From the NCBI GenBank assembly GCA_020722185.1, contig DYLH01000004.1, positions 7,882 through 64,202 on the forward strand: a stretch of 56,321 nucleotides of DNA. Reading direction: 5' to 3'. The stretch is from Candidatus Avelusimicrobium gallicola. Its GTDB lineage: Bacteria; Elusimicrobiota; Elusimicrobia; Elusimicrobiales; UBA9959. The notes under the pieces were generated by a model. The model worked only from the letters and a program-made list of their open reading frames with translations, had not been told where the DNA came from and did no database searches. This document shows, in pieces, positions 18,368 through 27,645 of this stretch; position 1 is the stretch's first letter; each line of letters begins with the position of its first letter. Both the position numbers and the translations under genes were made by a program.

Positions 18368-19704
18368 TTGTTTATTGCCTCTTTTATTATCTCGCTCATT
18401 GTCGGATGAGCAAATATCATTGAATTGACTTGTTTTAAAGTGAGTTTCATTGACACTGCAAGAGCCATTGTATGTATTATTTCAGTTGCCGATCCTCCTA
18501 CAATTTGTGCCCCCCTTATGATATCGTTTTCATCGCATACTATCTGGCAAAAGCCTTCAGTGTTCATTGAGGCCACAGCTCGACCAAGAACCTGAAAGAA
18601 AGATTTTTTGATTTTTACTTTGATATTGGCTTTTTCTGCCGCTTTCTTATTCATTCCAACAGATGCCAATTCTGGCCATGTGTATATACAAGACGGCGCT
18701 AGCTTTGAATCAAAAGAGATATTGTGCCCAAATATATTTTCTGCGGCTATATCTCCCTGCCTTTCAGCGCTATGAGCAAGTAGAGAGATGCCATTTACAT
18801 CGCCAATGGCATAAACCTTTGGATTGCTGGTTTGAAGTTGAGTAGATACCTCTACCCATCTTTGAGCTCTTATACCGGCGTTTTCAAGGCCAAGTTTTTC
18901 TAATGATGGCTTTCTTCCGGTTGAGACAAGTATTTCATCGGCTTCTATAACTTGAGAATTTTCAAGAATAAGGTTTTTCTTCCCGTTTTCAAATTTTATA
19001 TCAGAAGTCTTTACTCCAAGATGAAATTTTACTCCTCTTTTTTCAAGCGAATTTTTAAGTATTTTTACAGCTTGTTGGTCTTCAAATGGAAGTATTTCAT
19101 CGAGCAGTTCAACTATATTTATTTCACTGCCTAAAGAATTGAAAAAACAAGCCATTTCAAGGCCTATTACCCCGGCGCCGACAATGGTCAGTCTTTTTGG
19201 AAATTTCTCAAGCTCAAAAATTGAGTCTGAGTCTACCAGTTTATCTTTGAATGAGCTAAAAGGCGGAGGATATGCAGGTTCAGTGCCGCAGGCAAGAACC
19301 GCAAAGTCAAAATTCAGTATTTTTTCTCCGGATGGTGAAGAAACCTTTACAGAATTTGGAGAAATAAAAGATGCCTTTCCTCTTATTATTTCTATCTTCT
19401 TCATCGTAAAGAGCTTTTCGAGGGAAGTCCTTAAATTTGAGACTATATTCCTTTTGTGTTCCTTTATCTTTTCCCAAGAGAATCCTGGTTCCTGAAAAGT
19501 GTTTTCAAAGAAATTTGAAAGTTCTTCAAAATGACTTTTCCTATGTCCTATTTCAAGCAATGCTTTAGAAGGTATGCATCCTCTGTTTAAACATGTTCCT
19601 CCAAATTCAGATTTTTCTATAACTGAAACATCTGCTCCAAGACTCTTTAATTTAAGAGCTGCTGGATATCCACCTGGTCCGCCACCTATAACTATGACTT
19701 TCAT
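18364..19704 (-). CDS. lpdA: Dihydrolipoyl dehydrogenase
   Basis: GGGPGG, GGTCLNRGCIPSK, GAGVIGLE, HPTMSE. Confidence 0.93.
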   Translation of the reverse strand: MKVIVIGGGPGGYPAALKLKSLGADVSVIEKSEFGGTCLNRGCIPSKALLEIGHRKSHFEELSNFFENTFQEPGFSWEKIKEHKRNIVSNLRTSLEKLFTMKKIEIIRGKASFISPNSVKVSSPSGEKILNFDFAVLACGTEPAYPPPFSSFKDKLVDSDSIFELEKFPKRLTIVGAGVIGLEMACFFNSLGSEINIVELLDEILPFEDQQAVKILKNSLEKRGVKFHLGVKTSDIKFENGKKNLILENSQVIEADEILVSTGRKPSLEKLGLENAGIRAQRWVEVSTQLQTSNPKVYAIGDVNGISLLAHSAERQGDIAAENIFGHNISFDSKLAPSCIYTWPELASVGMNKKAAEKANIKVKIKKSFFQVLGRAVASMNTEGFCQIVCDENDIIRGAQIVGGSATEIIHTMALAVSMKLTLKQVNSMIFAHPTMSEIIKEAINK

Positions 19705-19713
19705 ATGTTCTCC

Positions 19714-20889
19714 TTATCTTACAATTTTGATAACAATCATTTTTTCAAATTCAAGTATCAGTTTTTCAAGTGATTTGCCCAATGTTTCAGATAAATTTTC
19801 CTGAAATTTTACTTTATTAAAATCTGACAAAGCATTCAATTTCATCTTTGAATCAGAGATTTCTAATACCGCTTTGATATTATCTCCCTTATCTAAAGAA
19901 GCCAAAGAGAAAAACTGGATATCAATCAAGTTGGATTTAACTGAAAAATTTATTTCGCTTTCTGATTTTTTTGATTTGGCATATATTGAAAGATTTTCAA
20001 TTGAGAAATCTTTTTCTGAGAGTATATTTTTCCCAAGAGCTTTTTCCGCCATTTCAATGTTAAGGCTGAAAGAGGGAAAATTCTTTTTCAATGAAGGGAC
20101 AAAAAGATTTTTAATTTCTAGCTCAGAATTGAAATTTGAAAACAATTTTTTATCCATATCTAAAAAATGTCCAGAGAATGATAAAGATTTAACTGAAACT
20201 TGGTCATATAAGATGTTTTCCATATCTGTATCTATTTTAGCGCTTTTAAGCAGCGCATAGTCATATACCAGATCTCCTTCACTTTGAAGATCTGCGGAAA
20301 AAAATTTTTTTTCTTTTATTCCAGAAAGTTTGGTTGAAAGTGAAAAAAAGAAATTGCCACCGGTTGAGGATCGGTGCAATATAGATAAATCGCATTTATC
20401 AAGGGAAATTTCCATATTATTCAGAAAAAAAGAAACAAAAAAATCTTCGAAAGAAAATTCTTTTGCATTCCAGACAAGCTGTATTGGCTTTTGAGAAGGG
20501 GGAAGAAGGTTTAACAAATCTTCAAAATTCCATTTTCCTTGAGTGTTTTCAATCCTTAATTTTCCGCCATAAAATGCTACTTTTTCAAAAACAAGCTCGC
20601 CATCTATGAATTTTTTTTCATTTATCTTTATTTCAGCTCTTTTAAATGATAAAAAATCTGTCTTTCCATCTTTTTCCTTTATCAAGGCATCTTTTATTAC
20701 GAGCCCGTCAACTACGGAGTAGGACACAGAGCCTATATTTACTTTTCTTCCTGTTTTTTTAGAAAGATATTGCGATGCTTTAGCTACTATAATTTCTCCA
20801 TGTTTTTGAGCTTTATAATAGATTATTGACAAAGGAATTGATGCGGTCATCAATATTACTGACAGTATGATTTTGCTCTTTTTGCTCAT
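19714..20889 (-). CDS. AsmA/DUF748-like membrane-anchored protein
   Basis: N-terminal TM helix, 'GRKVNIGSV', 'GKWNFEDL'. Confidence 0.6.
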   Translation of the reverse strand: MSKKSKIILSVILMTASIPLSIIYYKAQKHGEIIVAKASQYLSKKTGRKVNIGSVSYSVVDGLVIKDALIKEKDGKTDFLSFKRAEIKINEKKFIDGELVFEKVAFYGGKLRIENTQGKWNFEDLLNLLPPSQKPIQLVWNAKEFSFEDFFVSFFLNNMEISLDKCDLSILHRSSTGGNFFFSLSTKLSGIKEKKFFSADLQSEGDLVYDYALLKSAKIDTDMENILYDQVSVKSLSFSGHFLDMDKKLFSNFNSELEIKNLFVPSLKKNFPSFSLNIEMAEKALGKNILSEKDFSIENLSIYAKSKKSESEINFSVKSNLIDIQFFSLASLDKGDNIKAVLEISDSKMKLNALSDFNKVKFQENLSETLGKSLEKLILEFEKMIVIKIVR

Positions 20890-21022
20890 AAGCAGATCAG
20901 CTGAAAAAGTATACTGACACTCGTAGTGGTTTACTCAATAATACACTTTTCCAGTGAAACCTAATATAGATTGTAGTAAAAAAGCAGTTTTTTGGTAAAA
21001 TATGCCAAATAATGGAGGATAT

Positions 21023-22333
21023 ATGGATGTTCTTTTTCTGTCCAGACTTCAATTTGCTGTCACTGCTGGATTTCATTTCCTTTTTGTTCCAATGACTCTT
21101 GGCGTAGTGGTTCTCATTGCCATAATGCAGACATTGTGGTATAGAACAAATGACGAGGCATGGCTTAAGCTAAGCAAATTCTTTGGCAGGCTTTTTCTTA
21201 TAAATTTTGCCATAGGCGTGGTGACAGGTATTTCTCTTGAATTTCAATTTGGAATGAATTGGGCTAGATACTCTAAATATGTCGGAGATATATTCGGAGT
21301 TCCTCTGGCAATAGAGGCCACAGCCGCTTTCTTTCTGGAATCTACTTTTCTTGGACTGTGGATATTTGGTTGGAATAAAATAAGCAAAAAGATTCACCTT
21401 TTCTCTGTGTGGATGGTTGCAATAGGCTCTAATCTTTCTGCTTTGTGGATACTCTTTGCCAATGCCTTTATGCAGTATCCAGTGGGATTTAATGTGGTCA
21501 ATGGAAGAGTTGAGCTTGTTGATTTTGCATCTTTTATAATGAGCCGCTATGGCTGGGTTAAATTCTTTCACACTGTTTTCGCCTCTTATTGTGTGGGAGC
21601 TTTTTTTGTGATGGCTGTTTCCGCCTGGCACATATTAAAGAAAAAAAATGGAGCTGAAACCTTTAAAAAATCGTTTAAATTGGCTTCCTGTTTTTTGCTA
21701 GCAAGTTCAGCGCTCGTTTTTGTATTTGGCGATTTTCATGCCAAGGATATATCTCTTTTTCAGCCTTCAAAATTTGCAGCCATGGAATCTGTTTGGGATA
21801 GCGGGAAGGGTATGTCATATCCTCTGATTGTTCTGCCAGATGAAAAAAATGAGAGGAATATGCTAGAAGCAATTAAGATCCCCTATATGCTGAGCATTTT
21901 AGCCACATATGATCCACATGGCGAGATAAAGGGACTTAGGGATATACCTAGAGAAGATAGACCGCCAGTAATCCTTACTTTTTTAAGTTTTAGATTGATG
22001 GTAGTTCTTGGCATCTTGTTTATCTTTATATCTATTCTAAGCGCATGGCTTTCATGGAAAGATAAAATTGAAAATCCTCTTTTTTTAAAAGTTATTATTT
22101 TTTCTCTCCCATTGCCTTATCTAGCTATGCAGCTTGGTTGGATAGTAGCTGAAGTGGGAAGACAACCATGGGCTGTCTATGGACTTTTAAGAACTGCCGA
22201 TGCTGTGAGCGCCAATCTCTCATCTGGGCAGGTCTGGTTTTCTTTGATTGGATATTTCTTGATGTACTCATTCCTTGGATTTACTGGTTTTTATCTTATG
22301 CTTAAAAATGCTTCAAAAGAGCTAGGAAGTTGA
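21023..22333 (+). CDS. cydA: Cytochrome bd ubiquinol oxidase subunit I
   Basis: LSRLQFA...FHFLF, EFQFG.NW, QPSKFAAME, EVGRQPW; GGAGG RBS before 21023. Confidence 0.97.
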   Translation: MDVLFLSRLQFAVTAGFHFLFVPMTLGVVVLIAIMQTLWYRTNDEAWLKLSKFFGRLFLINFAIGVVTGISLEFQFGMNWARYSKYVGDIFGVPLAIEATAAFFLESTFLGLWIFGWNKISKKIHLFSVWMVAIGSNLSALWILFANAFMQYPVGFNVVNGRVELVDFASFIMSRYGWVKFFHTVFASYCVGAFFVMAVSAWHILKKKNGAETFKKSFKLASCFLLASSALVFVFGDFHAKDISLFQPSKFAAMESVWDSGKGMSYPLIVLPDEKNERNMLEAIKIPYMLSILATYDPHGEIKGLRDIPREDRPPVILTFLSFRLMVVLGILFIFISILSAWLSWKDKIENPLFLKVIIFSLPLPYLAMQLGWIVAEVGRQPWAVYGLLRTADAVSANLSSGQVWFSLIGYFLMYSFLGFTGFYLMLKNASKELGS

Positions 22334-22342
22334 GGAGGCTAA

Positions 22343-23359
22343 ATGGAAAATCTTCAAATAGTATGGTATGTGTTGTGGGCGGTTTTGTGGATTGCATATT
22401 TTGTGACAGATGGTTTTGATCTGGGAGCTGGCATATTGATGAACTTTATTTCAAGGAAAGATAATGAAAAGAGAGCCATTATAAATTCCATAGGACCTTT
22501 CTGGGATGGGAATGAAGTGTGGCTCATTACAGCTGGTGGCGCGACTTTTGCAGCTTTCCCAAATGCCTATGCCTATATGTTTAGTTGGCTTTATGTGCCA
22601 CTTTTTCTCATACTTTTTGGACTAATAATGAGAGGAGTATCTTTTGAATTGAGGGGGAAAACTGAAAGCCCAAAAATATGGGATTTTTTTATATTTTTAG
22701 GGAGCCTTTTCCCAGCGGCTCTTTTAGGAGCTGCCTTTGGAAATTTATGGGCGGGTTTACCTATAGATTCCAATGGCTATAATGGCGGACTTGTTGGACT
22801 TCTAAATTTAAGTGGTTTGCTTGTCGCTATATCTTTGCCTATCTTTTTGTGCCTTCATGGACTTTTATGGCTTTCACATAAAATAGAAGGGGAATTATTT
22901 GAAAAAGTAAGGAAATTATCCAATACTTTTTGGTATGTATCCATAATTACCTTTGTCATTTTTATTGTATTTCTTCCCATTCAAAAAAATCCTAACTTTG
23001 AGAAATATTCTGTCTCAGGTATACTGTGTATTCTGTTTTACATATTTTCGGCAATAGCCTTGATTTCGGTTAAAAAAATGCTTGATAAGGAAGAGATGTT
23101 CTACGCATTTATATCTTCTTTTTTATTCCTTGCTTTTTGGTTTGCTGCTGGTTTTGCCGGACAATATCCCAATCTATTGCCTTCCACACTTGGCTTTAAT
23201 GTAAGTGCTTTTAATGCATCTTCCAGTCATTATACACTGAGGATTATGACGCTTGTGGCTCTTATTTTTGTGCCTATAGTCATAGGCTATCAAATCTGGG
23301 TGTATAAACTGCTCAATCACAAAGTAAATCCCGATAAAATTGAGACGCTACATTACTGA
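22343..23359 (+). CDS. cydB: Cytochrome bd ubiquinol oxidase subunit II
   Basis: DGFDLGAG, GPFWDGNEVW, FAAFP. Confidence 0.97.
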   Translation: MENLQIVWYVLWAVLWIAYFVTDGFDLGAGILMNFISRKDNEKRAIINSIGPFWDGNEVWLITAGGATFAAFPNAYAYMFSWLYVPLFLILFGLIMRGVSFELRGKTESPKIWDFFIFLGSLFPAALLGAAFGNLWAGLPIDSNGYNGGLVGLLNLSGLLVAISLPIFLCLHGLLWLSHKIEGELFEKVRKLSNTFWYVSIITFVIFIVFLPIQKNPNFEKYSVSGILCILFYIFSAIALISVKKMLDKEEMFYAFISSFLFLAFWFAAGFAGQYPNLLPSTLGFNVSAFNASSSHYTLRIMTLVALIFVPIVIGYQIWVYKLLNHKVNPDKIETLHY

Positions 23360-23375
23360 TTTGGCGCCATATAGT

Positions 23376-24491
23376 TTATTTTTTCTCTATGTCTGGCGCT
23401 TTTGATAGATAAGAGCCGTCTTTATTTTTACGTACAGTCCAGATATTGCCGGAATTCCACGCGAAAGCTTGAAGAATTCCTTCGCCAGACATTTTGATAG
23501 ATACTATTATCCTTTGTGGATCTGAAACTGAAGCTTTTTCATAATAGTCGTTGTAGGCATAATATATGTTTTTGGTAGAACAAGAAATTGCAATAGGTCT
23601 TGAATTTAGCTGGAAAGATTGCAATTCATTTAATTCTGCATTGTTTATTCTTTTTTTTAGAATATTCTCCTTTTCATCAAGAGTCCAAACATAAATGCCA
23701 TCAAAGCAGAATTGTGAAAATCCTGAAAATGGTCCGCTTTTTTCAAGTATTGTAAATTGTTCGTCTTTGGCCCTTCTCACTAAATATCCATCATCAGAGA
23801 GAAAAACAAATTGAGTTATAAAATCACTGGCATAGCGATAAATGTCATAAGGGATTTTCTTCACTTTTGCGCTGGAGAGGTCTTTTTGCGAGTATTTGAA
23901 AATGGTTTGAAGCAGCCAGTTGTATAGATACACATTTTCAGAATCAAAAAGAATTCCTGAGATATTGTCATCTGCTATTTTGACTGAATCTGGATAAATC
24001 GCTTTAAGTGTGTTTTCTCTTTCCTTTTTTATGCCATAAAAATATGAAAAAAATACTGTCAGAATAAATAGCACAGATGTAGCAGTGATAATAGGCCATA
24101 TCTTCTTTTTTCTTGGCTTGAACTCTATTTTTTTAAGTATTGCCGTTCTGGTCAGAGAAAATACACTGGCGGCCTCTTCCGGCACCCATGGATATTGTAT
24201 GCAAGAAAAAGCGCCGAGCCTTAGATATTTTCTCTCAGATTCGCTATCTCTTTTTTTCAGCATAATACACACAGGCAAAGATGGGGTATGTCTTTTTAAC
24301 TCCCTTAGGCATATTTCAGCTGAAGGATCGCTGTTTTCGGTTACAAATACTGCCACAGGCTGTGTCCGTTCTATCAATTCAAAAGCGTCATTTAAATCTC
24401 TGGCAAATACAGGGTCTGCTCCAGCCAGCCTGAAAAAAGTTCTTAAAGTTGCTATTTCATTTTCATTAGAAATGGCTATTATTTCTCTCAT
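23376..24491 (-). CDS. Membrane protein: N-terminal pseudo-receiver, single TM helix, extracytoplasmic beta-propeller-like domain
   Basis: Receiver-like pattern (…RTQPVAVFVTE…LPVCIM…LGAFSCIQYPW), TM IWPIITATSVLFILTVFFSYF, repeated 'FDG.YVW/WNSGNIW' blades. Confidence 0.6.
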   Translation of the reverse strand: MREIIAISNENEIATLRTFFRLAGADPVFARDLNDAFELIERTQPVAVFVTENSDPSAEICLRELKRHTPSLPVCIMLKKRDSESERKYLRLGAFSCIQYPWVPEEAASVFSLTRTAILKKIEFKPRKKKIWPIITATSVLFILTVFFSYFYGIKKERENTLKAIYPDSVKIADDNISGILFDSENVYLYNWLLQTIFKYSQKDLSSAKVKKIPYDIYRYASDFITQFVFLSDDGYLVRRAKDEQFTILEKSGPFSGFSQFCFDGIYVWTLDEKENILKKRINNAELNELQSFQLNSRPIAISCSTKNIYYAYNDYYEKASVSDPQRIIVSIKMSGEGILQAFAWNSGNIWTVRKNKDGSYLSKAPDIEKK

Positions 24492-24492
24492 T

Positions 24493-25803
24493 TTATTTCT
24501 CTACTGGTGGCGGTATTCTCAAAACTGCTCCGTCTTCAGGCAGGCCTTTAAATATTTTATCTTGATTTGCGTCATATATGATTTGCCAGAGGTTTTGATT
24601 GCCGTAGTATTTAGCAGCTATTGATCTCAAGGTGTCTCCGGGCTGAGTTTTGTGATATTTGGGCCATACCTCCGGTTTTTTTATAATTTTATGTCTTTGT
24701 GGCGGATTTTTCTTTTTAAATTGGGCATCAATAGCTTCTATCTCTAAATTTTTGACTTTTTCTTGCAGTTCGATTAGTCTGCTCTGCATTATAGCCAGAT
24801 CTGATTCGAGTATGCCTTTGCCTGTTTGATATTTTGTCACTTCAACTTCAAGAGAATTTTTTTGTTTATTTAAATCTTCTATTTTTGAGTTTATTTCTTT
24901 AAGTCTTTGAGAGGCTTCTATAACCATTTTCTCATTAAATGTGGGGGCCTCGAACTTGTATGTCAGGCTCATTTCGTAAACTCCGCCTGGAGATTTAAAT
25001 CCATCCAATGGCAGTGAGTAGGTGAAATTACACACAAGAGGATCTGTGTTGTATCCAAATCCAAGAGTTATATAATCCCTGCCATTTATGTTTATTCCTT
25101 TTCCGATTCTGGCTCTGAAAAGATCATTAAAAAAACTTCTCTCTATTCCGGGGAAAAATTCCGCATAGCCGCCTCTTATTCTTAAATCTATGGCGAATAT
25201 TGTGTCTTCGTGTTTATAAGAATTAGCTATGGTTAGTGTTGCAAAAGATCTCCCAAGACCTAAATCAAGATCTGAAAGCGCAAGTCCTGTTCTGAGACCT
25301 TTATAAGATCTAAAGATTACACCAGCGTCAAATCCCAATCCAAGGTGGCTTTTCTCAGGGTATCTAAGACTCACTATTCTAAAATTTGTTCCCCATAGCA
25401 TTGGAAGCTGTAAATACTTCATTGTAAGCATATCTGAATATCCAAATAAAAAAGAGTCTCTATTGCCAAGTTGTGAATGTCTTAAAGCGTCATAACCAAA
25501 GCCAAAGACGCCCCTTTCCCTGAATGGCAGAGGTCTGGAATATGCGACTGAAAAATCGCCCATATCTCCAAATTGAGTTCGTCTTCTGGCCAGTCCTGAG
25601 GAAAGTTGAGTAGTTCTCATCTGTACAAGTCCAGCTGGATTATAGAAAATGGCGTATGGATCATCAGCTATTGAGGCAAAAGCGCTCCCCATAGAATTTG
25701 CTCTCGCCCCAGGATAAAGATTTGTGAAGTCTCCAGAAAAGGAATAAGAGTAAAGAAATAAAAGCTGAATAAAAAAAATCTTCACAAAGACTTTAATGCT
25801 CAT
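24493..25803 (-). CDS. OM barrel (PorV/FadL-like N-terminus) + coiled coil + LysM fusion protein
   Basis: GARANSMGSAFASIADDPYAIFYNPAGL; beta-strands ending YEMSLTYKF; about 75-residue heptad region; C-terminal LysM 'HKTQPGDTLRSIAAKYYG...WQIIYDAN...LRIP'. Confidence 0.75.
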   Translation of the reverse strand: MSIKVFVKIFFIQLLFLYSYSFSGDFTNLYPGARANSMGSAFASIADDPYAIFYNPAGLVQMRTTQLSSGLARRRTQFGDMGDFSVAYSRPLPFRERGVFGFGYDALRHSQLGNRDSFLFGYSDMLTMKYLQLPMLWGTNFRIVSLRYPEKSHLGLGFDAGVIFRSYKGLRTGLALSDLDLGLGRSFATLTIANSYKHEDTIFAIDLRIRGGYAEFFPGIERSFFNDLFRARIGKGININGRDYITLGFGYNTDPLVCNFTYSLPLDGFKSPGGVYEMSLTYKFEAPTFNEKMVIEASQRLKEINSKIEDLNKQKNSLEVEVTKYQTGKGILESDLAIMQSRLIELQEKVKNLEIEAIDAQFKKKNPPQRHKIIKKPEVWPKYHKTQPGDTLRSIAAKYYGNQNLWQIIYDANQDKIFKGLPEDGAVLRIPPPVEK

Positions 25804-25870
25804 AATTTGATATTATAATACTTTGGAAGTTAAGATTGTATTACGAAAATTTTAAAATACAGGAGGTACT

Positions 25871-27634
25871 ATGCTAAAGACAATTTTGTCTATCTTTATT
25901 TTTTCTCTGCCGGCAATGTGTCAAAATGAGATTTCAACTGCCACCGTCGCCAAAGCTTTGGAATCAGATAAACTATTCATAGTTTATCCTTATGAAGGTA
26001 TGTCTTTGTCTTCTTCAATTCAAAAAACTTTTGTTTTTGGCTCTATAAATCCTTCCACAGCTTCTCTTTATATAAACGGTGAAAAAGTTTTGCCCCATTC
26101 AAATGGAGGTTTTATAGCTTATGTTCCAGTAATGGGAGATTCTTTTAATGCTTCGCTCTTTGATGGCTATTCAACCCACACATACATAAGAAAAGTGAAC
26201 TTACCATCTGAGAAAAAAGAGACAGAAAAAAATGATATCTACATAAATCTTATCTCTCCAAATAAAAATATGGAGATAATGCCTGATGAATCAATTATCT
26301 TTTATGCCAAGGCTACTCCAGCTCAAGATCTCAAATGCTATATAAGCAATGGAGACAAGATATCATTTAAGGAAAATCCTGCCAAATCTGGCTCGTATTA
26401 TTCTGTTTATAGAGTTAAAAGATCGGATGAGGGAAAAACACTCTCTTTTAAACTTAAATTTAAGAAAGGTATTTTCTCTAGCAATTTCCATTTAAATCCT
26501 GTGGTGTCTGTAAAAGTTTTAGAAAGCTCATATCTTGTAAAAACATCAACTGATTATGTTGTGTTGAAAAATGAAATTTCTGGCGGATATACAATGTTTT
26601 TGCCAAAAGATGTAACACTTGAAGTTACCGGGAAGGTGGGAAGCTCTTACAGAGTAAAAGCGGGAAATTTGGTTTTGTGGTTAGACGAATCTAAAGCTTC
26701 TTTTTACTCTTCAATGCCAAGAAAAAATACAGAAACTGGAAATTTAGTTTTTTCCTCATCTGGAAATATTGTTTCTGCTAAATTCGCTATTTATGATAAG
26801 GTGCCATATATGGCTTTTGCGCAGGGGGGAAAATTCAATCTAGATCTTTTTAATACAAGCTTGCATACAAATTGGGTGATCTATGATTCCTCGGATACAC
26901 GCACTAAAAATGTGACATTCAGTCAAGAAGGCGAAGGCCATTCTTCTTTTACTTTTAATTTTAGGGAAGATATTTGGGGTTATTCTATGGAATACTCCAC
27001 CAATTCACTTATAATAAATTTTAAATTCAAGCCTGCTTATGAAGGAAAATATCCAAATCCTTTGAAAGGTATAAAGATAGTCCTTGATCCTGGACATTCT
27101 CCAAAAAGAATTCCTCCATTTGATGGCGCTGTAGGTCCAAGTGGATATTTTGAGTTTGAGGCAAATAAGGCCATAGCTGATAAACTTGCCTTGAAACTTC
27201 AAAAATTGGGCGCTTCTGTGTATATGACAAGAATTGGAGATGAAAATGTTCCTTTAACTGATAGACCGCTCATAGCCAAAAAATTTGATGCAGATATATT
27301 CATAAGCATTCACAATAATGCTATCCCGGATGGAGAGGATCCTTTTTCAAAACCAAGGGGTTTTCAAGTGTATTATCACCATCCAAATTCTATGCCTCTT
27401 GCCAAATCTATTCATAAGGCTTTTCTTAAAAATGTGCCACTTCCAGATGAAGGACTTAGGTATGGAGATTATCATGTGATAAGGCAGACATATATGCCCG
27501 CAATACTTATTGAAAATGCGTATATGATATTGCCTCAGCAAGAGGAAATGCTTAAAAGCGAAAAGGGAATAGAGACTTTTGCAAGCGCTATAACTTCTGG
27601 AATACTTGATTTCTTCAATATACACAAGGATTGA
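25871..27634 (+). CDS. Secreted N-acetylmuramoyl-L-alanine amidase (Amidase_3) with large N-terminal domains
   Basis: IVLDPGH, E, SIHNNA, ILIE zinc/catalytic motifs; signal peptide. Confidence 0.9.
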   Translation: MLKTILSIFIFSLPAMCQNEISTATVAKALESDKLFIVYPYEGMSLSSSIQKTFVFGSINPSTASLYINGEKVLPHSNGGFIAYVPVMGDSFNASLFDGYSTHTYIRKVNLPSEKKETEKNDIYINLISPNKNMEIMPDESIIFYAKATPAQDLKCYISNGDKISFKENPAKSGSYYSVYRVKRSDEGKTLSFKLKFKKGIFSSNFHLNPVVSVKVLESSYLVKTSTDYVVLKNEISGGYTMFLPKDVTLEVTGKVGSSYRVKAGNLVLWLDESKASFYSSMPRKNTETGNLVFSSSGNIVSAKFAIYDKVPYMAFAQGGKFNLDLFNTSLHTNWVIYDSSDTRTKNVTFSQEGEGHSSFTFNFREDIWGYSMEYSTNSLIINFKFKPAYEGKYPNPLKGIKIVLDPGHSPKRIPPFDGAVGPSGYFEFEANKAIADKLALKLQKLGASVYMTRIGDENVPLTDRPLIAKKFDADIFISIHNNAIPDGEDPFSKPRGFQVYYHHPNSMPLAKSIHKAFLKNVPLPDEGLRYGDYHVIRQTYMPAILIENAYMILPQQEEMLKSEKGIETFASAITSGILDFFNIHKD

Positions 27635-27645
27635 GAGGAGATGAA

